Positions 37,320 through 46,938 of a DNA stretch of 64,000 nucleotides are shown here, piece by piece. The DNA is from Actinomycetota bacterium (GTDB lineage: Bacteria; Actinomycetota; Humimicrobiia; Humimicrobiales; Humimicrobiaceae). The DNA lies in contig JAQVDY010000006.1 in assembly GCA_028698215.1 (NCBI GenBank), positions 2,705 through 66,704 of the forward strand. Direction: 5' to 3'. A model generated the notes under the pieces. It ran no database searches. It was not told the origin of the DNA and saw only the letters and a program-made list of their open reading frames with translations. Each line of letters opens with the position of its first letter. Positions within the stretch are counted from its first letter, which is position 1. The position numbers were made by a program, and so were the translations under genes.

Positions 37320-38456
37320 TCAACTTTTAAACACCACCAGGCAATCCCTGTGCACGATTTCACTGCATAGCTCTGAACCATACTCTGCCTCTATCTGCGC
37401 ATGGTTTTTACCCAAGACATCCCTTACCTGCTGATGGGAAAAATTACTGATGCCCTTGGCTATAAGCTGCCCCTCGGTATCAAAAATCTTTAAGGTATCC
37501 CCTTCATTAAACTTGCCCCTTACTTCCACTACTCCCACCGGAAGCAGGCTTTTGCCCTGATTAACTATAGCTTCCCTGGCTCCCTTATCTATAACTATGG
37601 ATCCCTTGGTCCTCATGCCGAAAGCAATCCACCGTTTTACGCTTTTTACTCTTTTATGCTTCTGGGGTACAAACAGGGTCCCTACCTCTTTTCCGCTGAT
37701 TATATCCTCCAAAACCCCGGGCCTCCTGCTGTTGGCAATTACCATGGCTATATTGGAAAAACTGCAAATCCTGGCTGCTTTAATCTTGGACGCCATTCCC
37801 CCCAGGCCGTATATGGAGCCGGCCCCCCCGGCCAACCTTTCAATATCCCCGGTAATTTCCTGTACTGTACTTATTACTTTAGCCTCCCTATCCTGCTTGG
37901 GGTTTTTATCATAAAGGCCTTCTATATCAGACAGCAGAATCAGCAGTTCAGCTTCAGTAAGGCTGGCGGCCAGGGCTGCCAGCTGATCATTATCGCCAAA
38001 CTTAATCTCATCTACAGCCACGCTGTCATTTTCATTTATTACCGGTACAATACCCATTTCCAGCAAGGTATTTATGGTGCCCCTGATGTTTAAGTACTGC
38101 TGCCTGCCGGTAGTATCTTCATGGGTAAGCAGGATCTGCCCTACTTTTATTCCTTCCTTGGCCATAAGGTTACGGTATATCCTCATCAGCTCTACCTGCC
38201 CCACCGCCGCTGCCGCCTGGAGCTGGGCCATCTTTTGGGGCCTGCCTTCTATATTCAGCTGCTGCAGCCCGGCGGCGATAGCTCCGCTGGTTACCACGAT
38301 GACCTGGATGCCTTTTTCCCTGAGCCCGGTAATCTGCAAGCAGAATTTACGCATGTTTTCCATATCTATGCGGCCTTGTAAAGTAGTAAGGCTGCTGGAG
38401 CCTATCTTTACCACTATCCTGCCTAAATTTTTCAAATATTTTTTCCTGCTTTCCAT
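37320..38456 (-). CDS. proB: Glutamate 5-kinase with a C-terminal PUA domain.
   Basis: AA-kinase fold plus PUA. Size is 378 aa. Confidence 0.9.
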   Translation of the reverse strand: MESRKKYLKNLGRIVVKIGSSSLTTLQGRIDMENMRKFCLQITGLREKGIQVIVVTSGAIAAGLQQLNIEGRPQKMAQLQAAAAVGQVELMRIYRNLMAKEGIKVGQILLTHEDTTGRQQYLNIRGTINTLLEMGIVPVINENDSVAVDEIKFGDNDQLAALAASLTEAELLILLSDIEGLYDKNPKQDREAKVISTVQEITGDIERLAGGAGSIYGLGGMASKIKAARICSFSNIAMVIANSRRPGVLEDIISGKEVGTLFVPQKHKRVKSVKRWIAFGMRTKGSIVIDKGAREAIVNQGKSLLPVGVVEVRGKFNEGDTLKIFDTEGQLIAKGISNFSHQQVRDVLGKNHAQIEAEYGSELCSEIVHRDCLVVFKS

Positions 38457-38457
38457 T

Positions 38458-39753
38458 TCAATCCTTTAGCTCAAATACCAGTTTACCTATGATCACTGTT
38501 GCCCCTGTTTCCACCCCCAGCTGTTTTAGCTTGTCCCCTATATGCTTTTTTTGAAGCCTATGCCTTAAGTAGTTAAGACCCTCTTCATTTTCCAGGTCGG
38601 TCATCTGGACCATGCGCTCCAGCTCACTGTTTTTTACCAGGTATTCAGTTCCTATCTTTTCTATCTCAATTCTATCACTTGCCGCCCCGGTATTGTATAT
38701 ATTATATACTTTGTATTCCTGTTTCTTTTCTTCCTCCATAACCGGAGCTTTTCTTTGCTCCTGCACCGTTTTGTCCAGGATCCTTACCAGCTGATCCAGG
38801 CCCTGGCCGGTTACTGCCGATATAAAAAGTATGGGCTGTTGGGTATGCTTTCTCAGCTCTTTTGTAATATCATCGCCAGTACTAAAATCTGCTACCAGGT
38901 CTATCTTGTTTACCACTACTATATGCCCTTTTTTTGCCAGCATGGGACTGTAAAGCTCAAGTTCTTCCTTTAAGGTCAATAAATCCTGCTCCAGGCTTGA
39001 CTGCTGGTAGATAACCCGGGCCAAATCCAGTACAAATACAATCACCGAGGTCCGCATGATATGGCGCAAAAACTTATCCCCCAGGCCGGTGCCCTTATGG
39101 GCTCCTTCTATCAGTCCCGGGATATCAGCTATTACAAAGCTGCTGTCGCCGGCTGACACTACTCCCAGGTTAGGCACCAAAGTGGTAAAGGGGTAATCCG
39201 CTATCTTTGGTTTGGCTGCAGTAATCCTGCTGATAATAGTAGATTTTCCGGCATTGGGAAAACCAACCAGCCCCACATCTGCCAATAGCCTTAGCTCCAG
39301 CTTTATCCACCGGTCCTGGACTTTTTCCCCGTATTCGGCAAACCCTGGAAATCTCCTGGCCTGGGAAGTAAAACTGGCATTGCCCCTGCCTCCTATGCCT
39401 CCCTGGGCCATGAGCACCTCTTTTCCCTCCTGGTTCAGGTCTGCTACTACTTTTCCATCTGATTCCTTAACTACCGTACCCACCGGCACTTCTATTATCA
39501 GGTTATCCCCATCTTTGCCGTTACGGTTATTGGCCAGCCCGCTGCCCCCGTTCTGGGCCTTAAAATGTACCTTTTTCTTAAAATTATAAAGGGTACTCTG
39601 GCTGGAATTAGCCCTGATTATAAGGTCACCGCCCCGTCCGCCACTGCCTCCGCTGGCAATTTTTCTTCTCTTGGCTTTCAGGTTAAAAAAGCTGACCATG
39701 CCGTTTCCGCCATCACCCGCTTTTATATTTATTTTAGCTTCATCTAAAAACAT
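38458..39753 (-). CDS. obg: GTPase Obg/CgtA.
   Basis: It has an Obg fold N-terminus (MFLDEAKINIKAGDGGNG), a G domain and an Obg_CT domain. Confidence 0.9.
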   Translation of the reverse strand: MFLDEAKINIKAGDGGNGMVSFFNLKAKRRKIASGGSGGRGGDLIIRANSSQSTLYNFKKKVHFKAQNGGSGLANNRNGKDGDNLIIEVPVGTVVKESDGKVVADLNQEGKEVLMAQGGIGGRGNASFTSQARRFPGFAEYGEKVQDRWIKLELRLLADVGLVGFPNAGKSTIISRITAAKPKIADYPFTTLVPNLGVVSAGDSSFVIADIPGLIEGAHKGTGLGDKFLRHIMRTSVIVFVLDLARVIYQQSSLEQDLLTLKEELELYSPMLAKKGHIVVVNKIDLVADFSTGDDITKELRKHTQQPILFISAVTGQGLDQLVRILDKTVQEQRKAPVMEEEKKQEYKVYNIYNTGAASDRIEIEKIGTEYLVKNSELERMVQMTDLENEEGLNYLRHRLQKKHIGDKLKQLGVETGATVIIGKLVFELKD

Positions 39754-39907
39754 AATAATAAAATAATATGGTTATAGGTTAATTATTATATTAAATGATT
39801 GGTATAATTGCCATAAAGGGGATTACTGGCCAAAGCCTTAACCTTATACTGCCGTATTTTATACAAATTTTCTAGGCTTTTAGTAACTGCTATCTTATAA
39901 TCTACCC

Positions 39908-40741
39908 ATGACTTTATTTATCTATTTAGTAGTTACCGGTTTTTTTGCCGGCTTCATAGGTTCGGTCATAGGCATTGGAGGCGGAGTGATTATGGTGCCC
40001 CTGATGGTGCTGGTTTTAGACATACCCATACATTTTGCCCTGGGCAGCAGCATAGTAGCCGTGTTGGCCACTTCAGTAGCCGGCTCCCGCCGCTATATCC
40101 GCCAGAAATTAACCAATGTCAACCTGGGATTAAGCCTGGTGCCTTTTACAGCCGCAGGGGGCATAATAGGGGGGCTGGTAGCCTCCCGTCTGCAAAGCAA
40201 TATACTTTTGGGAATTTTAGGTGGGTTTGTGCTGGTAATGACTTATATCATCTATAGGAAGAACAGCAAAGGCACAGAACAAAAAGTGACCGGAGGTTCC
40301 GGTAACTCCCTGTTTGGTTCCTCCTACTATGACCATGCCCTGCAGAAACAAATAAGCTATGACCCCAAAAACCTGCCTTATGGATTGGGGGCATCCCTGG
40401 CCGCAGGCATGGCTTCGGGCCTGCTGGGTATAGGGGGAGGAGCCATAAAAGTGCCAGCCTTGAACTTGCTCATGGGGCTTCCTCTAAAAGCAGCCACCGC
40501 TACCAGTAATTTTATGATAGGCATAACCGCAGCCGCTTCCTCCATTATTTATATAACAGGAGGCTATGTGAACCCTTTTATAACAGCTGCATTAGTAATA
40601 GGTGTTCTGGCCGGGGGCACTTTAGGCTCCCATGTGGCCGCACGGGTAAAGAACATAGTAATAGTAAGGATTATGCTGGTGGTATTTACCTTGATCGGCA
40701 TAAACCTTCTGCTGAAAGCCTGGGGGGTGAACCTATACTGA
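39908..40741 (+). CDS. TauE/SafE-family (DUF81) membrane exporter.
   Basis: A 277-aa polytopic membrane protein with Gly-rich TM repeats. Confidence 0.7.
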   Translation: MTLFIYLVVTGFFAGFIGSVIGIGGGVIMVPLMVLVLDIPIHFALGSSIVAVLATSVAGSRRYIRQKLTNVNLGLSLVPFTAAGGIIGGLVASRLQSNILLGILGGFVLVMTYIIYRKNSKGTEQKVTGGSGNSLFGSSYYDHALQKQISYDPKNLPYGLGASLAAGMASGLLGIGGGAIKVPALNLLMGLPLKAATATSNFMIGITAAASSIIYITGGYVNPFITAALVIGVLAGGTLGSHVAARVKNIVIVRIMLVVFTLIGINLLLKAWGVNLY

Positions 40742-40742
40742 G

Positions 40743-41078
40743 ATGAATAAAACCCTTTACAGGATTTTCACCATAGGCCTGCTAGCCGGCATAGCGGTCA
40801 TGCTGGCCGGATACATTTACAGCTTTGCTTCCAGCATCAGCCCGGAAAATATGTCCATGGATACTAATAATTTAATTAATTTATTTACCGCCCGCCGGTT
40901 TTCCCCAGACCTGCTTTTATACCTGGGGCTGGCCGTAGTTACCCTGACTCCGGTAGCAGGAAGCATATTCGCCCTGGCCTATTATTTAATCCATAAACAA
41001 TACCGTTTTGCCGCCGCTGCGGCAGCTATACTGCTGGTACTGGCAGCAGGAGTATGGATTGGCTACCTAAGAAGCTAG
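40743..41078 (+). CDS. DUF1634-like small membrane protein, a frequent TauE partner.
   Basis: A 111-aa protein with 3 TM segments, coupled to the upstream gene with a 1-nt gap. Confidence 0.5.
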   Translation: MNKTLYRIFTIGLLAGIAVMLAGYIYSFASSISPENMSMDTNNLINLFTARRFSPDLLLYLGLAVVTLTPVAGSIFALAYYLIHKQYRFAAAAAAILLVLAAGVWIGYLRS

Positions 41079-41320
41079 GTTTATGCTAAATCCAGCTTAG
41101 TAGCTAAATCCCGGGCTGATAGGGCTATCTCCGCTATTTCCATCTTAGGCTATACCTAAAAAATTAAGCCCACTGCTGTTACCATCTTAGGCAATAAAAA
41201 TTCCATTTTTGTCCTATTTTATGAAGCAGGTAACATCAATAATAATTTTGTGTTCAAACTGTTGTCCTGCTGCCTGGTAGGCTGTAAATTAAAATCCAAA
41301 ACTACATCTGCTACCCTTTT

Positions 41321-42688
41321 TTAATCCTGAGCAGCCAAGGCATAAAGCTGGTCAATACTCATACCAAAAGCGTCCTTTACATAGTTTTGAAACTGTTCTA
41401 TGCCTTCCATATACAGGTCCTTTACCTCAAAGCCGCTGTATACCTCACCAAAGTGTGCCCTAACCGTCTGGGGATCAGGTTGCTCGCTGTCAAATTTACC
41501 GGTTTCCACTAAGTATTCGTAACTGGCAGAAGTATCGTCTTTATCTGCCTGAACCTTGTATTTCCCCTCATCGGGGTAGTACCAAATAGCTAGCAAATAG
41601 TCGTTAATCTTCTTTAAAAACACCACGCAGTTATTTTCCCATTGGTCAGGACGGCTGCCCCATTGGGGTATATTGATAGCAATACTTAGGTTTTGAGCCT
41701 CGTCCTTGTATGAACACAGGGCATCTGATTCTATGTAGTTTTCAAAACCCAAACCGGCCAGATTGCTTATGACAGGCTGGTAATCCTTATAGTTTTGGTC
41801 AGAATGGCTGAGGTACTGAAAAATGCTTATACTGTTGTTTTGGACATCAAAAAAGATGTTGTTTTGAATTTCACCATAGTAAGGCAGGTTCATGGCATTA
41901 ATGGATTCGTCGAAGTTTTCATATTCAATAGAGGACTTCATGTCTTTTAGAACACCTGCTACATCTTCAATATGATTGTATACCGCGTCAATTTGAGCAT
42001 TATTACGGTTTTTGCGCACATAAATTCTTGATATGCCGGTAATAGGCATCAGGTCGAAAAAATGGGCAACATCGGACAGTGAATTGAGATTATAATTATC
42101 TTCTATCAGTTTTTGATAATCCGAAGGGTCGTCAACAGCAGCCCTAAACCGGAGGGTACAGCCTTCTACATAATCATAGTCGTAATCATCCTCTCTGATG
42201 GTTCCGATATCGCATTCAGCTTTTAATCCATCTTTAATCTCTGAACCATGAATAGCCACAAAACCATCGCTGCTAAAAAGATCAATATTTTGCTGGATGC
42301 TCTCCTGGGCATTATCCCCCATAATCTCCGATACATAAGTAATAATGTCTTCCGGTTTACCCTGCGCCGTTAAATATAAATAATAAAAGTTGTTTTCAAA
42401 CGCTGCCGCATATACAGCATATCCCTCCGGGAAGGCGATATTGGAAAACAGGTTCATTTCTTCCCCCCACAAGTCCGAGGGAAGTCCTGCACTGACTTCA
42501 GGTGTTGGCTGTTCCCCTTCCTGGGACTCGACCGCTGCCGGCTCTGTTGCAGCGGGTTCTGTTTCTGCAGTTTCTGTTTCCATCACCTTAGCTGGGCTGC
42601 AGCCTATACCGAGCACTGATATCATTAAAATCACCAAAGAGACTAAAAAGAACCTTTTTATGGCTTCGCCATTGACCTTCCTGATCAA
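41321..42688 (-). CDS. Secreted/lipid-anchored acidic protein of unknown function.
   Basis: Signal peptide with Cys (VLGIGCS) and a Pro/Glu/Thr-rich linker. I recognise no domain. Confidence 0.4.
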   Translation of the reverse strand: MIRKVNGEAIKRFFLVSLVILMISVLGIGCSPAKVMETETAETEPAATEPAAVESQEGEQPTPEVSAGLPSDLWGEEMNLFSNIAFPEGYAVYAAAFENNFYYLYLTAQGKPEDIITYVSEIMGDNAQESIQQNIDLFSSDGFVAIHGSEIKDGLKAECDIGTIREDDYDYDYVEGCTLRFRAAVDDPSDYQKLIEDNYNLNSLSDVAHFFDLMPITGISRIYVRKNRNNAQIDAVYNHIEDVAGVLKDMKSSIEYENFDESINAMNLPYYGEIQNNIFFDVQNNSISIFQYLSHSDQNYKDYQPVISNLAGLGFENYIESDALCSYKDEAQNLSIAINIPQWGSRPDQWENNCVVFLKKINDYLLAIWYYPDEGKYKVQADKDDTSASYEYLVETGKFDSEQPDPQTVRAHFGEVYSGFEVKDLYMEGIEQFQNYVKDAFGMSIDQLYALAAQD

Positions 42689-42958
42689 TATGCACCTTTC
42701 CTTCCGGCAAATATAATAGTTTTTGCCCTCAATTTTGTATTATTAGTATATAACTATAGTATTATATATATGTTTACAGCTGGTAGCAAATAAAACCTAT
42801 ATTTTTGTTATAGATTATGGCAGGGTTAAATATCTTAGAAAAATTATTTTCTATCCTGGGCCCTGGCTTATCATTAATGCCAAGGTCCTGGATTCTATTG
42901 AAGATTACTGCTTTTTTCTGTTGTCTGGGAAGCAGGGTCAACCGCTAAACAGGTTTAA

Positions 42959-43405
42959 TTAAACCAAGCCCAGCCGGGAAGCCATATCCCGGGCCCACTG
43001 TTCCGCCCTTTCCTCTTCACCTGAAGCTAAAGGGCCCTCTTTACCCTTTACTATAAAGCCCTGTGGTTCCGCAATCAGGTTTGCCCCTGCCCTTTTTAGG
43101 TACTTGGCTATCTTACCGGCACCGTCACCGGATAATTTAATGTTCATCCTGGTATCAAAGCTGGCTGCCTTTACTGTTGCCAGCTGTCCGGGTTTTAGTC
43201 CGGACAGAAACTCCTTTATCCTGGCCGTAGGTCTCCAAGCTATTATTGGTGCGCCAACTATTAAAACTTCTAGCCCTGACATCGGTTCCGGCTTATAATC
43301 CTGGACGGCTACTGCCTTGGCTTCCGGTCCCAGGTTGCGGGCCATGGCTTCAGCTATGATTTTAGTATTGCCGTAGTTGCTGTCATATATTACCAATGCT
43401 GGCAT
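42959..43405 (-). CDS. Flavodoxin-fold protein.
   Basis: The sequence MPALVIYDSNYGNTKIIAEAMA has a flavodoxin-like N-terminus. Confidence 0.6.
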   Translation of the reverse strand: MPALVIYDSNYGNTKIIAEAMARNLGPEAKAVAVQDYKPEPMSGLEVLIVGAPIIAWRPTARIKEFLSGLKPGQLATVKAASFDTRMNIKLSGDGAGKIAKYLKRAGANLIAEPQGFIVKGKEGPLASGEEERAEQWARDMASRLGLV

Positions 43406-43474
43406 ATTCCCCCTCCTTATGCCTGATAGACATATAAGAATCTTTCCCCTATCGAAATGGATTTAAGACAAAGG

Positions 43475-43500
43475 AAATAAAAAAGGCCCCGTAAGGGGCC
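43475..43500 (-). terminator. Intrinsic terminator after rpmA.
   Basis: The hairpin GGCCCC-GTAA-GGGGCC is followed on the minus strand by UUUUUUAUUU. Confidence 0.6.
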
Positions 43501-43507
43501 TTACAAT

Positions 43508-43747
43508 TTAAGATATAATATTTACTACCTTGTTGGTAGCAAACTCTACCTTGCCATCAGTTTTGGCAAACAGGGTGTAGTCCCTTCCCAAACCAACATT
43601 TTTGCCTGGCTTGAACTTGGTTCCCCTTTGCCTTACTATGATACTCCCCGCCTTTACAGCCTGGCCGCTGGAGCTTTTTATACCTAAAAATTTAGGGTTA
43701 CTGTCTCTTCCATTCCGGGTGCTTCCAACACCTTTTTTAGTAGACAT
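43508..43747 (-). CDS. rpmA: 50S ribosomal protein L27.
   Basis: Canonical L27 sequence. Confidence 0.95.
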   Translation of the reverse strand: MSTKKGVGSTRNGRDSNPKFLGIKSSSGQAVKAGSIIVRQRGTKFKPGKNVGLGRDYTLFAKTDGKVEFATNKVVNIIS

Positions 43748-43760
43748 AAAATCACCTCAA

Positions 43761-44096
43761 TTATTTAACTTTTATCTTCTCTGTATGCAGAACTGTAAGT
43801 GGCTGTCTATGGCCAATCTTTCTCTTGTATCTTTTCTTGGCCTTAAACTTAAAGGCAATTACCTTATCAGCCCTAATATGCTCCTTGATAGTAGCTTCTA
43901 CCTGGGCACTGCTTACTACAGGATTGCCCACCTTTATATTCTTGCCGTCGGAAATCAGGTTAACCTCTTTAATGCTAACCTTATCGCCTTCCTTGCCCTG
44001 GATATAGTCCACTACTACATCCTGGTTTTCTTCCACCTTATATTGTTTTCCGCCACTAGTAATTATAGCGTAAATTTTAGCCTCCTTAAATTTCAT
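43761..44096 (-). CDS. rplU: 50S ribosomal protein L21.
   Basis: Canonical L21 sequence. Confidence 0.95.
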   Translation of the reverse strand: MKFKEAKIYAIITSGGKQYKVEENQDVVVDYIQGKEGDKVSIKEVNLISDGKNIKVGNPVVSSAQVEATIKEHIRADKVIAFKFKAKKRYKRKIGHRQPLTVLHTEKIKVK

Positions 44097-44156
44097 AAAA
44101 GCTTAAATCACAGACAGAAATCTTAACATAATATTTAACAGGGTGTCAATTATATT

Positions 44157-44498
44157 TTATTTGAGAACCAAAACTTGTCCGGCCAGCAATCCTTTGCTCT
44201 GCAACACCCCTGCCCTAAACTCCAGCACCTGGTCTGCTGTTGGTAAAAAACCAGTGACCCTAAAGGGCTTAAGGCCTTTATAAATCTTGACTACCCGTCC
44301 CCCCTGGTCGATAAAAACAGCATCAATGCTATAGCGCATTCCTATGGTATGAATACTGCGGCATCCCTTTATGGCCAGGCATTGGCCCTGGTCTAACCTT
44401 GGCCCTACAGTAAGCCCGAAAGTTTTCTTAAAAAAACTGCGGGCCTGCATTACCTCTTCCGCTATAACCTGCCCATCATCCAGCCTTACCAGCTTCAT
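44157..44498 (-). CDS. DUF192 (COG1430) family protein. The listed ORF extends to 44564, but the ATG at 44498 (MKLVRLDDGQ...) is the more likely start.
   Basis: The pattern GLM...GMxF...IHTxGMRxxIDxVFID..G.VV matches DUF192. The longer ORF would overlap the regulator gene by 67 nt, whereas the shorter start gives a TAATG stop-start overlap. Confidence 0.5.
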   Translation of the reverse strand: MKLVRLDDGQVIAEEVMQARSFFKKTFGLTVGPRLDQGQCLAIKGCRSIHTIGMRYSIDAVFIDQGGRVVKIYKGLKPFRVTGFLPTADQVLEFRAGVLQSKGLLAGQVLVLK

Positions 44499-44962
44499 TA
44501 TTTGTCCAGGCACTCCGGTGGATATTTGTTTTCCTTCAGGTAATAGGCAAAATGCTTTAGCCACATGGGCTTCCCATGTGGGTTTTTTTGTATAAACTCA
44601 ATGAACTTAACCAACCTTTTCATGGTAGCATCACTGATTGTATGCTCAATCTTGCAGGAATCAATCTCCGCCTGGACCTCATCAACCCCTAAAATATCCG
44701 ATAAAAATTCCACCAGGACCCGGTGCCTGGTATATATCTTCTTGGCAATGGCATAGCCTTTATCAGTAAGGGTCACCTTGCCGTATCTCTGGTGATCGGT
44801 TAAGTCCAGGTCCTGCATCTTGTACAATATCTCGGTTACGCTGGCAGGATTGATTTCCAGTTTCTGGGCAATATCTTTTACTCTTACCTCGTCTTCTTCA
44901 ATATCAATCTCATAGATTGCTTCCAGGTAATCTTCAATATTGGGAGATAATTTATTTTCCAT
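44498..44962 (-). CDS. DtxR/MntR-family metal-dependent transcriptional repressor.
   Basis: An N-terminal HTH with a DtxR-type dimerisation/metal-binding pattern. Size is 154 aa. Confidence 0.7.
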   Translation of the reverse strand: MENKLSPNIEDYLEAIYEIDIEEDEVRVKDIAQKLEINPASVTEILYKMQDLDLTDHQRYGKVTLTDKGYAIAKKIYTRHRVLVEFLSDILGVDEVQAEIDSCKIEHTISDATMKRLVKFIEFIQKNPHGKPMWLKHFAYYLKENKYPPECLDK

Positions 44963-46466
44963 CAGAATATAATTCGCTTACTAATTTATATACTTTTTTG
45001 TAATTCTCAAATTTATCCTGGTATTTTTCCTTTAGTTGGGGATCAGGTGCAAATTCCTGGTTAATCTTTACAAACCTGGGCACCGCTTCTTCCAAAGTGA
45101 ATTTTTGGGTTCCTTTGCCGGCCAGCATCATAGTAGCCAAGCATCCGGCTTCACTGATGCCCATCTGCTTTATAGGTTTACCCGTAACTGCAGCTTTCAG
45201 CTTCAATTCATAATCAGATTTAGCTCCCCCTCCTACTGCCCTGAGCTCATTTATTTTCAGCCCGCATTTTTCCGCCAGCTCTATATTGAAAGCAATTTCA
45301 AATATCAAGCCTTCAATCAAGGCCTTGAAAATATCTACTTTGGTAGTAGCCAGGTTCAACCCTATAATGGATCCCTTGGGTATAGGATCATGGTAAGGCG
45401 TACCTGACCCTGAGAAGTAGGGAAGGGTATACATGGGGGAAGGATTATAGTCCAGCTGGGAAAAATACTCTTTAAACAAGCTGGTCCCCTTTGCTTTTGC
45501 CTCTTCCTTTTCCTGGTTGCAGATAACATCCCGGTACCATTTAAGAACGCTTCCCGAGGTGAAGTTATAGACAAAGCTCACATATTTTCCATCCACTGCA
45601 TGGGCGCGGGTAGAATAATCATTTTCAAAAAGCTCATCTTTTAATATCAGCTCATCCATGGCTGGTGTAACACATTCCACTGTACCCATGCCATCGGCGG
45701 CTATGCCCCCTTTTATGGCCCCTACTCCCAGGGCTGCAGACTGCTGGTCATGGGCACCGGTAACTATAGACACTTTAGCTCTAAATCCAAGGTCTTGGGC
45801 TATATCTTCCCTCACATATCCGATTTCCACACCAGAAGGGCAGGGTTTGGAAAAGAGATCCATATCAATATTGCACTTATCTAGAATATATTTGGACCAT
45901 TCCTTTTTCCTTATATCAAAAAACAGGGATGTGGAACACAAGGGGTGGTTCATCCTGGTTTCTTCCAGCCCTAATAAATGATGGAAAAGATCTTCGGTAA
46001 ATAAAAATTTCTTGGTTTTGGCATAAATTTCCGGCATCTTTTTTTTCACCCAGTATATCTTGTTTAAAGCAGTAACATACTGGGGAGGAAGACCGGTAAT
46101 ATTATATAGCTCCCGGGCAGGGATAATACTCAAGATTTCTTCCAGCTCATCCACACTTCTGGAATCAGTGGAATAAATGGTATTGTATAATATGTTTCCG
46201 TCCTTATCTATGGGAGTAAAGCTTTCCCCAATAGTAGAAACCGCCAGGGCGGTAACCGGATCCTTTTTTACTTCAGGGCTGGCATTGACCTCCCTGATAA
46301 CATTGAATACCTTGTCCCACATGGGCTTTACTTCAAATTCCACCCAGCTTGGCTGGGGGAATATAAGATTATAATCGGCATAGGAACTTCCCAAAGCACG
46401 GCCTTCTTCATTGAAAGCTATGGCTTTAGCCCCGGTAGTGCCTACATCGACACCTAATATGCTCAT
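44952..46466 (-). CDS. FGGY-family sugar kinase (glycerol kinase, xylulokinase, fuculokinase or rhamnulokinase type).
   Basis: It has the FGGY_N motif MSILGVDVGTTGAKAIAF and an FGGY_C domain. Size is 504 aa. Confidence 0.75.
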   Translation of the reverse strand: MSILGVDVGTTGAKAIAFNEEGRALGSSYADYNLIFPQPSWVEFEVKPMWDKVFNVIREVNASPEVKKDPVTALAVSTIGESFTPIDKDGNILYNTIYSTDSRSVDELEEILSIIPARELYNITGLPPQYVTALNKIYWVKKKMPEIYAKTKKFLFTEDLFHHLLGLEETRMNHPLCSTSLFFDIRKKEWSKYILDKCNIDMDLFSKPCPSGVEIGYVREDIAQDLGFRAKVSIVTGAHDQQSAALGVGAIKGGIAADGMGTVECVTPAMDELILKDELFENDYSTRAHAVDGKYVSFVYNFTSGSVLKWYRDVICNQEKEEAKAKGTSLFKEYFSQLDYNPSPMYTLPYFSGSGTPYHDPIPKGSIIGLNLATTKVDIFKALIEGLIFEIAFNIELAEKCGLKINELRAVGGGAKSDYELKLKAAVTGKPIKQMGISEAGCLATMMLAGKGTQKFTLEEAVPRFVKINQEFAPDPQLKEKYQDKFENYKKVYKLVSELYSDGK

Positions 46467-46489
46467 ATCTAAACCTTTCTGTTAAATGG

Positions 46490-46774
46490 TTACTCTGCTA
46501 ATTCTTCTTCTACCTCTTCCCTTCCGGCTTCAAGTTCAGCTTCCTGCTCCGGATCATGAGCCAGCAGCAGTGTCTGGAATTCCCCCATATGGGTCTTTTC
46601 CTCTTTGGCTACATCCAAAAGAATTTTCTTCATATCACTGTTTTTGGTTAGATTGGCCATCTGCTCATAAAGATTAATGGCATCCAGTTCAGCAATGATG
46701 GCTGCCCTGAGTATTTCTTTATCCAGGTCTTCCGGTTTTACCTGACTTAAATCTATAGGTATATTTGACAGCAT
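46490..46774 (-). CDS. EncFtn-like (encapsulated-ferritin-type) ferritin-like protein with an acidic C-terminus. No encapsulin shell gene is nearby.
   Basis: The segments AAIIAELDAINLYEQMA and VAKEEKTHMGEFQTLL parallel the EncFtn helices, including the ExxH iron-site motif. Size is 94 aa. Confidence 0.5.
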   Translation of the reverse strand: MLSNIPIDLSQVKPEDLDKEILRAAIIAELDAINLYEQMANLTKNSDMKKILLDVAKEEKTHMGEFQTLLLAHDPEQEAELEAGREEVEEELAE

Positions 46775-46858
46775 CTCTGCCTCCTAAAAAATATTGATAA
46801 TTGCTTCAATTATACAATATTTATTCGATTTAGTTAAAAGTATAGAGACTTAAAAAAA

Positions 46859-46936
46859 TGGTCGGGATGGGGGGATTTGAACCCCCGGCCTCAGCGTCCC
46901 GAACGCTGCGCGCTAACCAGGCTGCGCTACATCCCG
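46859..46936 (-). tRNA. tRNA-Pro (anticodon CGG) with encoded CCA.
   Basis: I hand-folded a cloverleaf with a 7-bp acceptor stem, GG in the D-loop, the anticodon loop UUCGGGA, the T-loop GGTTCAAATCC, and a 3' ACCA. Confidence 0.85.
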
Positions 46937-46938
46937 TC

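Noticed and set aside
44498-44564. A 67-nt overlap between the DUF192 ORF and the DtxR-like gene.
   Set aside because: This is an artefact of choosing the longest ORF. The internal ATG at 44498 gives a standard TAATG-coupled start.
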